Made by a program: the position numbers and the translations under genes. From Octopus sinensis (taxonomy: Eukaryota), in assembly GCF_006345805.1 (NCBI RefSeq), contig NC_042998.1, positions 179,428,001-179,492,000 on the forward strand: a DNA stretch of 64,000 nt. The letters are read 5' to 3'. The number at the start of each line of letters is the position of its first letter. Position 1 is the stretch's first letter. The notes beneath the pieces are model-generated. The model had not been told where the DNA came from. It saw nothing but the letters and a program-made list of their open reading frames with translations, and made no database searches. Below are positions 53,890 to 64,000 of the stretch, piece by piece.

Positions 53890-54085
53890 ATTGGCAGAAC
53901 AGACAGAGTGTTGGACCAAATGTCTTGAGGTATTTAATTACAGTCCTTTACATTCTGAGCTCAAATCTGGTGAGATTTGCCTTTCATCTTCCTGGTATTA
54001 ATAAAATAAAGTACCAGTCAAATACTGGGGTTGATATAATCAACTGTTGCCTTTGACAGACAAAATTTCTGGCCTGTTGATGTAA
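53890..54085 (+). mobile_element. Family B SINE, old copy
   Basis: TGGCAGAAC...TTCTGAGCTCAAATC...TTTGCCTTTCATC...AAAGTACCAGTCAAATACTGGGG. Confidence 0.75.
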
Positions 54086-54137
54086 GAAATTATTTTATTG
54101 GATCGACACAATCATTAAAGCTTTGGACAAAATACCT

Positions 54138-54370
54138 ATTTCTTTACTACCCACAAGGGGCTAAACACTGAGGGGACAAACAAGGACAGACAAATGGATT
54201 AAGTCGATTACATTGACCCCAGTGCGTAACTGGTACTTTTTTATTCGATCCCGAAAGGATGAAAGGCAAAGTTGACCTCGGCGGAATTTGAACTCAGAAC
54301 GTAGTGGCAGACGAAATACTGCTTAGCATTTTGCCCGGCGTGCTAACGTTTCTGCCAGCTTGCTGCCTTA
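54138..54370 (-). mobile_element. Family B SINE, young full-length copy with 17 bp TSD
   Basis: Perfect TSD CTTTGGACAAAATACCT at 54121-54137 and 54371-54387. Confidence 0.95.
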
Positions 54371-54689
54371 CTTTGGACAAAATACCTTTTGGCAATTATT
54401 CCATCTCTTTAATTCTGTGTTCAAAATTTTACCCTGGATATCTTTACCTTTCAACCTTCCAGGCTCAATGAGATAGAACCAGTCAAGTACTGGGTTGGTA
54501 TCTCTTGCAGCTCCTACTCTTCATTTTTTTAAATATTTCTCTCCACTTCCTCTACTAAATGTGAGTGGCCATGCAGGTCCCCAACAAGAAGCTGCATTGC
54601 CACCCATCCCCTTTGTCATAGTTTAATCCCCTAATCCTCTAGCATGAAGTTGACTCCTACCTTTCCATCCCAGGGTTTGTAACTACAAG

Positions 54690-54897
54690 CTGCATGGTGA
54701 CCTCAATAGGGTAGGTGGCATTAAAAAAAAGCCCTTGGTCCATACTGTAAACGATTTGCATTAGGAAGAGCATCCAGCCAAAAAAACCCTACTAAAACAA
54801 ACACTGGAGAAGGATGCAGTGCTTGGACAAACTGGATCCTGTGAAACTATTCAACCTATGTTAGCATGGAACACAGGCGTTAAATGATGATGATGAT
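54690..54897 (+). mobile_element. Old family C-related repeat
   Basis: GCATTAGGAAGAGCATCCAGCC...CAACCTATGTTAGCATGGAAC...GTTAAATGATGATGAT. Confidence 0.7.
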
Positions 54898-55249
54898 GTT
54901 CTTCTCCCACCCTAGAAATTTCCAACCTTATGCAGATATTATATATTATTGTTGTTGTTGTTACTGCTGTAAATAGAAACAGTTAAGTGCTGAATAATAT
55001 ATATATATATATATCCTTGTATCTTTAGGTTCTGATTTCAGATATCACCTCCAGGAGATGTTCTTATTTTATATTGCTCCAAGAAAAGGGTTGCCAGAAT
55101 CATATGTATTGGTTGATATCAATTCCCGACATACACAAACATTTTTCACCATTTTTCTAATAATTTTTTATTTTCTCTTTTAGCTTTGTTTGATAATGAA
55201 CCCAAATGGGGCCGATAAAGTTTCTGGTTAGCTCTTTTAAAATTGAAAC

Positions 55250-55500
55250 ATCTTTTGATGTTGCAGCCTCAGCTGACAAAAACACATCTCTGAAAACATT
55301 TGAGAAATTGAGCAAATATAAGGACATGGGGATTGAAATCAGAAGAATGTGGCATCTCAAAGCAACATTATTTTAATTGAGGCCCTTGGAATAATATTAA
55401 AAATAGCAAACAAATATGTAGACTAAATTCCTGGCAGTTTCAAAATAAGCAAATTGCAAAAGAACATACTAATATGTACCTTACATATTTTATATAATCT
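55250..55500 (+). mobile_element. Decayed C-terminal restriction-like endonuclease region of an R4/Dong-type non-LTR retrotransposon
   Basis: Translation FDVAASADKNTSLKTFEKLSKYKDMGIEIRRMWHLK..(fs)IEALGII…*IPG…KLQK…TLHI. This matches the EK..KY.DL..E..RMW / GALG / IPG / QK…GT.HI signature of R4/Dong RLE ends. Confidence 0.82.
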
Positions 55501-55762
55501 CTCCATGTAAATGCAATCTTATTCAGCATTATTATCACCTTTATAACAATTTTTTTTTTAGCACGCAAACATCAGCTTCTTTGAAATACATGACCTCTCA
55601 CCTATTAGGTTAATTATGTGCAAAATCATTATATCTGTGGATGAGACTTGGATGTAACTTGTATAAATTAAAGCAAAGCCAAAACAATAATCTTTTCTTC
55701 TGTAAGCACAAACCCTGCAATTTGTGAGGAAGGGGCTAGTTGATCATATTGACCCTAGTTCT

Positions 55763-56086
55763 CATCATCATCATCATCATCCAGTGTTTTAAATCCAGGT
55801 TTTGTCCCCGTTCATGGAGGTGGCCAGATCTACCTCAATGCCATAGCAACTGAGGTAGGCAGGTGCATCCCACCCCAACCTTTGGGCTGGCTGGTGCCCA
55901 TTCTCTCTGGCCATCATGTGGTTTTTTTTTTAATGGATTTTCTATGGGATGCCCTTGCTTACCCCTAACCTCAGTTGCTAGACTTGAGTGGTCCCGAGAC
56001 CAAGGCCTCATCACGATATTTAAGAAATGTGGTGGAAAACTAGCTCAGGAAAGCAGGGACACTACTCCCTGTGACCCCTTTCAGAG
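55763..56086 (-). mobile_element. ~320 bp element with a (GAT)n tail nested inside a family B SINE
   Basis: Minus strand includes GGCATCCCATAGAAAATCC and ends ...TGGATGATGATG. The family B halves lie at 55706-55762 and 56087 onward. Confidence 0.6.
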
Positions 56087-56630
56087 CCCCAGTGCGTAAC
56101 TGGTACTTATTTCATCAACCTCAAAAAGATGAAATACAAAGTCAACCTTGGTGGAATTTGAACTCAGAATGTAAAGAAGGATGAAAGCTTGGTTATATTG
56201 CAATAGCATCGAAAACACCACCAATAAAAACACTAATAATATTAACAATAATAATGATAATAATAATAATAAAGCATTTTGCTCAGTGTGCTAATGGTTC
56301 TTTAAGCTTGCTGCAGTAATAACAACAAGAACAAGAACAACAAAAACAATAATAATAGCAATAAAAAAAAGTTAAACTACTTGTAATCATACTCATCAAA
56401 AAGTAATCTATGTCTTAAATTTTCATTTAACAAACACTAAAATTTCAAATCCTGCATTATTTCTAAATTAGATAGAAAACACATCATAACCCTGTTAAGA
56501 TGAGGCTGAGATAGGAGTGGGGGTTGGGGGATACAGGGAGGGAAAAGGGGAAAAAAATAATATATAATGTCATAGAAATTAGAGCTTGGTTATATTGCCA
56601 TAGCATCAAAAACACCACCAATAAAAACAC

Positions 56631-56673
<43 letters not shown>

Positions 56674-57493
56674 TTTTTTTTCACGTGTGTTATTTTATTA
56701 GAAGTGTTTTACTGTAATTTAAGGTCGTGAAATTATATATGTTGAAGAATTTCTTGAGGGATTTTTATCTAATTCTGTTATTAAGAAATTAATGATTACC
56801 ATATCTATTTATAAACAATGGCAATATATTTTGCATGCTATTTCTGACACGACATTCTGAATATCTGCTAGTCTTGTGTTCCTCCACGACAGATGTTGTT
56901 TCACCTCAAACAAGTCATGGAATGGCTGAATGTTGTTGCTATGTGTGTCAGCACATCTCTCTGTGTTTATGTATGTGTATATATATGTATGCATGTGTGT
57001 GTACATAAATGTGCTCATGAGTGCACTTTATATATATCATCATCAGTTAACGTCCGTTGTTCATGCTGGCATATATATATATATATATTATATATATATA
57101 TATATCATCATCATCATCATATATATATATATATATATGTATGTATTTATACACACACACACACACACACACTCATATTTATAAACACACACATGCATAC
57201 ACACACTTACACATACACTCATATATAGCACTAGTACATATATTCTTCAGTTGGTAAGGAAATGTTGATTTAAGTAATTCAGAACATGGTTCAAGTTGAG
57301 ATTCATTAAAATGCACAAGAAATAGATAAATAAACAAACAAGCAAATAATTAGATATTTAAATAAATAAATAGATAAATAAGTGACCTAAATCATATTAA
57401 TATATGACCTTCATTTCAAAAAGATGTGTCTCCTCTACAAAAAGTCAGCTACCTAGATGCAATATTTTGACCTAAAATATACATATATATAAG

Positions 57494-57699
57494 ACTAGCT
57501 ATTTTGACCCATGCTTCGCTTGGATTTTGTTGGCGATACCAAATGGTAGCCCCGAGCGACTTGCAACCCTCCTCACACCATTTCCCACCCCATTTCAGTG
57601 TAAATTTCAGCGCCAATCTGACCCCATCTACCTTTCCGATCCCAAAATGAGACAACCAAGAAATCAAACAATTTTTTTGCATTTCAGATTTATAGATAT
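57494..57699 (+). mobile_element. Helentron/HINE-like non-autonomous element
   Basis: Starts ACTAGC…GACCCATGCTTCGCTTGG and ends ATTTATAGATAT, the terminal pattern of Helentron-associated short elements. Confidence 0.5.
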
Positions 57700-57928
57700 T
57701 GATTTTACTTTGGATTTTATTTAAGTCCTTCTTGAGAGAGTTCAAGCCAGTTGCGAACAAAATGACAAGGCTTTTTGAGTTAAAGAAAGTTCCTGGTGTT
57801 TATAAATGTGGTTGAGTCAATGTATTGGTTGAGCTGTCAATGCATATGTTCAAGTGTGTGCATCTGTTCACATAAGAATTTCAGATGGAGAACTTTTGGA
57901 ATGCCATACAAATGTATGTATTGCCCCC

Positions 57929-58200
57929 TGACTGGCTCCCATGCTGGTGGTGTGTAAAACGCTCTATCCGGACATGATCAATGCCACGGCTGCCTGACTG
58001 GCTCCTATGCCGGTGGCATGTAAAAAACACTCACAACACTCTCAGAGTGGTTGGCATTAGGAAGAGCATTCAGCTGTAGAAACATTGCCAGATCAGATTG
58101 GAGCCTGGTGTAGCTGCTGGCTCTCCAGCCCTCAGTCAAACCATCAAACCCATGCCAGCATGGAAAATGGACATTAAATGTTATTGATGATGATGATGAT
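57929..58200 (+). mobile_element. Family C repeat
   Basis: Two GACTGGCTCC..TGC.GGTGG units, then GGCATTAGGAAGAGCATTCAGCTGTAGAAAC…CCCATGCCAGCATGGAAAATGGACATTAAATG…GATGAT. Confidence 0.88.
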
Positions 58201-58704
58201 GTATGCAAATTAGACAGATCAATATATAAAGTGTTGGATCTTTTTATCTGTATAGATATATACATTTTTTGTATATCATGTATTTAATATATTTTATATA
58301 TTGATCTATCTAACTTACTTATCCCAACATTTACTTCTATAATTGCTCAAGTTTAAACCTCCTGAGCACTACTAAATGTATTCTATATGGAGAATATCTG
58401 GATCTCATCTATGAACCATATGTATATATGCATGTATCATCGTCATCATCGTCATCATCATCATCATTTTATGTCTGTCTTCCATAAGTTGAACACTTCA
58501 TCAGGATCTGATAAGTCTGAGACTGCGTCAAGCTCCAATGTCCACTTTGGTATTACTTCTGTGGCTGGATGCTCTCCCTGATGCTAACCACTTTACAGAA
58601 TATACTGGGTGCATTTTCTCCCCTCCCAGGCTGTTGGCACTATGCCTATGTGTGTATGTGTGCATGCATGCGTGTGTATGTGTGTGTGTGCATGCAACAT
58701 TTAA

Positions 58705-58925
58705 CCCTTTCGTTACCAACCCAGCCGAAACCGGCCCTAGCTCTGAGTACAAATGTCTTGTTTTCGTAAGTTCTGAATTAAAATCTTCCACCAAACCTTA
58801 GTCACAAGTTATGTTCCTAACCACTAGCTGAATGATAACTAAATTATTTTACTAAATTCTTTGATATATTTAAAGTAGCTGAAAGAAACACAGAGCATCT
58901 CAAAATAAATACAGTAACGAAAGGG
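58705..58925. mobile_element. piggyBac-type MITE, intact (221 bp)
   Basis: Perfect 12 bp TIR CCCTTTCGTTAC / GTAACGAAAGGG with TTAA on both sides (58701-58704, 58926-58929). Confidence 0.93.
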
Positions 58926-60104
58926 TTAATGAGAAGAAGCGTTATATATGAGCTTCTTCAAGATTCTTGCTTGGAAAATGTGGTATTCAGATGGGCTTGT
59001 AAAGCATACCATGTATAATCTGGTAATCATTCAGTGTACGAGCCTGAAGTATTTTTAGGTACAAGATTAAATCAAAAATACATAGATATACAGTGTGTGA
59101 GTGTGTGTGTTTATGTGTGTGTGTGAGCACATGCATATGCATGTTTACAGTGTGCATGTTTGTACTTATTGTTGTAAAGATTGATACACAAGTACATGCG
59201 AAAGAACTCTGTTTCAACTGTAAACAGATATTCTCTCTCTCTCTCTCACTCACACACATACACATGCACACACACACACAATTTTCTGATTTCTAATTGA
59301 AACTCCTAATCCTGTTCTAATTGAGAAACTTATGTTTAGGTATCTGTTTTCTAATTTTCTAGTAGAGAATAGATTTCGCAAGGGACCTACTTCACTCAAG
59401 AAGCATGTAATATCTACATTTTTTTATGAGGGAACTAGTTTACTCAAGGAACATGTAATGCTTATACATTTGGCAAACCAAAACCGAAGGTCATCAGGTG
59501 CATGTATAACTTCACCTATAAAGTCATGGCCTCCCAGTTTTTGTCTGTTATGTGAAAAACTGAAATTTAGTTCCCAGCGGGGAAGATTCCTTTTGGAGTC
59601 AAGTGCAGTGAATCAGTAAAAAAGGGTCAAATACCAGACTAAATGCCAGAATATTTAGCTTTGTTTTTTACAACTTTAAAGCCAAAAATCTTTGAGGCTA
59701 GTTTTGCCTTTTGTTTCATGAATATAGATAAAACAGGTTCTGCTGAGATAAATTACATTACAGATATCATGGGAACCTTAGCTTTGATGAACCTTATTAA
59801 AAATAAATATTATTACTCTGAGTTTTGTTGGCCCCTTAGTGGAACAGTAAATTCTCATGGACCAAGTCCTTTACCTGAACTTTCTTTCCTGATTTAAATC
59901 ACTTTCCTTCATGCTACTAATAATCTTGAGAATGATAAATATCATCTCTCTCTGTCTCTCTCTCTCTCTCTCTAATGCACAAATTCATTCACTCACTCTT
60001 TCCTTTTTGGTATCATTTCTGTCTAAAACTTCATTTATATTCTAAGACTGAAAAGTGGAGACACAATGTTGGAGACACAATGACAATGTTATAGTACATT
60101 GGTT

Positions 60105-60250
60105 TCAAATTTTGGCACAGGGCCAGCAATTTTAGTGAAAGGGTAAGTTGGTTACATCGACCCCAGTGTTCAGCTGGTACTTATTCTATTGACCCTGAAG
60201 GGATGAAAGGTAAAGTCGACCTCGATGGAATTTGAACATGGAGACAGACG
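60105..60250 (-). mobile_element. Family B SINE
   Basis: TTTGGCACAGGGCCAGC…CCCAGTGTTCAGCTGGTAC…GTCGACCTCGATGGAATTTGAAC. Confidence 0.85.
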
Positions 60251-60631
60251 AAATGTAGACTTGCTTAGAACCATACACCAAGCTAAAACTAACTACTGGG
60301 ATTATCACAGGTAGAGATAGTGATACAGAAGAAAACATATTTTACTTAAAATAGAATTCTAAGTTATTTGTTTAAGTTATTTAAGAATCAATGCAGAGTA
60401 TTGCAAAATATAAATCCTTCACACAAAGAATATAAAATAAGTAGAAACAGATACTAAGTGGTAAAAGACGACCAAATAATTCAAGAATAGATTTGATTAA
60501 TATTGGGAAAACAATAAATCTGAAATATTTTTTCCAACCAAGATATACCAAAAAGATCATCTCAAATGATTTGGCATTTATAGAATTTGTTCTGCATCCA
60601 TCAATATCAAACAAAAATATAAAGAAAAAGG

Positions 60632-60682
<51 letters not shown>

Positions 60683-62893
60683 TATGTATGTATGTATGTA
60701 AATAATTGAAAGACTAAGATAAAAATAGAATGAAGCTCAGAATTGTTAAAGCAAAATTCCATTTTAGAATGAATCTTTTCCAGACCATAAAGAAACATAA
60801 CTTGTTGATATTAATATCATCACATAATATTATAAACTGTAACTTTCTTTGCAGTCAGGAAGCTTTGTGTTGATAATGATTTGCTAAAGAGGTCTAATAA
60901 GACTGAAATATGTCTTATGTTGTCACCATTATTACCAAAGATCAGATTTTTAATTTAATTCGATTTCTGATCAATTAAAATTTATTTTGATTGTTCTCTC
61001 CCTTGTCCTTTTTTTAAGAGTAATTTTTGTTAACACTAATGAATTTTCTTCTCATTACAGTTATAGTTTCAGTTGATTAAAATTTATTTTTCATTTTACC
61101 ATATCAAGCATGGTAGTCTGCTCATTAACTTATTTATAAACAAGTCTATGAAGCCACTGTATACATACCACATTCACACTTGATTAATTACAAAATAATT
61201 ATATAACTTCCAACAAATTTCAGCAAGAAATTTTTGTGAGTCAAAAATTCAAGCATGAGATTTCTGACCTCTGCTTTTCTAATTAAAAACTTGCTTTTTG
61301 TAGTGCATTATACCTTTAGTCATTAGGTCATATTCATTATTCTGTTGATATCAGCCAACTTCACTAAAAGAATAAGTTGCAACTCCCTAAATAATAGGAA
61401 GAAGCTACAAATCACATGCTTCACTAATTCAAACATATATGTTCAACTTCACAGGATCATTCCATTTGTAAGAAGTTACAGGGGTGCAAGGAAGCGACAG
61501 AAACTAGATGTGGTGGGTCGGGAGATTTAATAAACTATAACAAATTATAAATAAGATATTTTTGAAAAGAATAACAATTTCTATAACATTTTAATTGATA
61601 TATTTCATTGAACTGTCTGTTTAACTAGCTTACAACAGCTGGATATGTTTCTTCACTTCTAGCTTTCACTTTGTTTTCTGTCTTGTGTGTGTGTGTGTGT
61701 GTGTGTGTTTGTCTTTTTTCGTTCTTTCTCTCTCATTTAGTTTCTTTAATTTCTTACACTAATGTTTAATGAAATCCCATATTTTATGAATTAGGAAATG
61801 TCTTCTGGAAATTTTTAAACAATGTTTTGTATTTAGGCTGGCATAATTACAAACTTGACTGCATATTCAGCTAATGAGCGATGTAGTGCAGCATATGTAA
61901 CAAGTAAAACATGTGACAACGAAATATTAATTAATTGTATTTACAAACGCATTCCCTAAAGTACATCACAATGAAATCAGGTAGCAAGCTGCGTTCTATT
62001 AAGTACACGTGATGAAATAATCACTGCACTGATGAAAATGCAGCTGTTTATCTGCATCGGTTCCTGAAAATAACTAAATACTATCCGAAATATTCTATAG
62101 AATTGTGCTTTTGTTTGAGGAATAATCTATGAGGATCAAAATTGTATCAAGAATTTAAGAGCTTTTGTTTTGAGTTTTCAATGAATTCCATGTCTATTTA
62201 GAGGATTATATTAAAAAAAAAGTATTACATAGGAAAAAAAAAACATTTCAATAATACTTTTTAAAAATCTTAATTTCAATTCTTAAATGTTCTTCACATC
62301 AAATTCAAAACAAAGTTTTTGTTTATGATGTAGGTTCTTAATTCAGAAAATAGGAGTGGTTAGCAACAGAATTGCTACTGATTCCATTTCAAATGCAAGA
62401 GTTTGACTTTAGAGAAAATATTCAAATGTTTAAATATTCAGAGATGATCAACAATATTGAATCTGAAATAGAAGAGAATAACAGGTGTTAAAAAGAATTT
62501 CGGTTTTTGCTCTTTTACACCTATTTTAACCTGTTAGATTCAAAATGTTCATCTATTGAAGTTTTTGCATTTGATACTTAGACACATACATGCTTTTCTC
62601 CAATAAATACTATGAAGTAGGGGTAGAATCTGTTTGTAAGGCAAATCTCTTTGTGCATCATGGCATAATGTAATAGGCAAATAAGATTTGAACTTATGAT
62701 CATTTTTGTCAGTAGTCAAATACCTTTATAACAAACAGCCATTGGGCCTTAATCATTTCTATGGCACAAATCTGCTATTACTTTCCTACAAGTTCAAATC
62801 CTGGCAAAAGGTACATCAAGAAAAATCGTCAGCAGCAGCAGCAGCACTACCACTGCTGCCACCACTGCCATCATCATCATCGTTGTCATCATT

Positions 62894-62930
<37 letters not shown>

Positions 62931-63147
62931 GTATTCAACATCCATTTTTCCTTGCCTGTATGGATCAGATGGAATTTTGCTGAAGCATATTTTCTATGGC
63001 TGTGTGCCCTTCCTAGCAATGATGATGATAATGAGGATGAGGATGACTAAGATGAAGACAATGATGATGATGATGACAATGATGATGATGATGACGATGA
63101 TGATATTGACAATGATAATATCATATATATATATATATATATATATA

Positions 63148-64000
63148 CAGGGATTGGACAAAATAATGGAAACGCCTTTCTCCCAAAATTACTGCAGAGC
63201 TTAATGACCACCTCGAGAACCCAGTTTCCACAAAAACTGTTCGCCAGGAGCTGCACAAAGCCAGATTTCATGCAAGGGCTGCAATCAGAAAACCACTATT
63301 TTCAAAAACAAATGTTGCAAAACGTTTAGAGTTGAGTAAAAAACCTACAGAATTAGTCCCTAGAGCAGTGGAAGAATATTATTTTCTCAGACGAGTCATT
63401 CTTTACCTTATTTCCAACCACTGGCCAAGTATATGTGTAGCGACAGCCTAAAGAAGCATTTGATCTAGACTGCCTTCTTCCAGGTGTTAAACATGGAGGA
63501 GGATTTGTGATGATCTGGGGGGGGGGCTATATCTTGGAAATACATCGGCCTAATGGTTTCCCTTCTTGGCAGAATTATTAGTCAAGACTATTTAAGCATT
63601 TTATCTGATCAAATTCATCCTATGATTGCAGAACTGTTTCCTGAGGGAAACACAATCTTTCAGGATGATAAAGCACCAATTCACACAGCTAGAGTTGTAA
63701 TTGAATGGCATGAGGAACATTCTAGTGAAGATGAACATCTTGTCTGGCCACCACACTCCCCAGATCTCAATATTATTGAACATTTATGATGCATTTTAGA
63801 AAAACAAGTAAGGAGTTGATATTTTCCACCATCATCATTACAAGAACTGGAGACTGTTTTAGCTGAAGAATGGACAAAAATTCCTTTGGAAACAATTCAA
63901 ACTTTGTACAAGTCCATACCTCATAGAATTCAAGCTGTAATTAATGCCAAAAGTGGTCCTACCCCATATTAAAATACATTTATTTGAAATTTTAAGGTAT
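63148..64000 (+). mobile_element. Tc1/mariner DNA transposon, internally deleted, DD36E; runs off the window edge
   Basis: TA|CAGGGATTGGACAAAATAATGGAAACGCCTT left TIR inserted in (TA)n. The window ends with AAGGTAT, compatible with the start of the right TIR. Confidence 0.93.
63181..63972 (+). pseudogene. Disrupted Tc1-like transposase (HTH remnant + DDE domain)
   Basis: PKITAELNDHLENPVSTKTVRQELHK…FSDES…VKHGGG.VMIWG…FQDDKAPIHTA…WPPHSPDLNIIEHL*…IQAVINAKSGPTPY*. Contains frameshifts and stops, and the N-terminus is deleted. Confidence 0.93.

Noticed and set aside
59430-59605. Minus frame …QKLGGHDFIGEVIHAPDDLRFWFAK… (C2-like DFIGEV)
   Set aside because: Only a 6-residue resemblance, a weak donor, and it abuts a degenerate ~50 bp tandem duplication.
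62025-62075. CTGATGA followed by an ATGCAG/CTGCAT stem
   Set aside because: No GAAA after the stem and no helix I or III.
1-64000. CRISPR arrays, rRNA, bona fide tRNA genes, conserved miRNAs
   Set aside because: None seen. The tRNA-like segments are SINE heads, and I recognised no conserved mature miRNA sequence by eye.

Overview
Eukaryotic, AT-rich, repeat-dominated DNA. The SINE repertoire and the dense (TA)n/(CA)n/(ATC)n/(AAT)n microsatellites suggest a coleoid cephalopod, most likely Octopus (inference). Nearly all ORFs in the supplied track are microsatellite or SINE artefacts. The only plausible host coding signal is a phase-matched pair of small + strand exons (5265-5349, 5724-5833) for a protein I cannot identify. 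The rest is intronic or intergenic. It holds dozens of SINE copies from about four families, three of them young with 14-17 bp TSDs. It also holds 3' fragments of CR1/L2-group, RTE and R4/Dong-type (RLE) LINEs, two piggyBac-type MITEs, hAT-like and Helentron-like remnants, and an internally deleted DD36E Tc1/mariner at the right edge. The most notable signal is a set of short inserts with little shared sequence inside TA/CA microsatellites that carry minimal type I hammerhead-ribozyme motifs with palindromic helix III: one with an intact core (29029-29063, minus) and several variants (41606, 45504, 46218, partial at 26487). These are consistent with Penelope-like or retrozyme elements. Most SINE boundaries are approximate (+/-10-20 bp) and family names come from motif recognition, not database searches.
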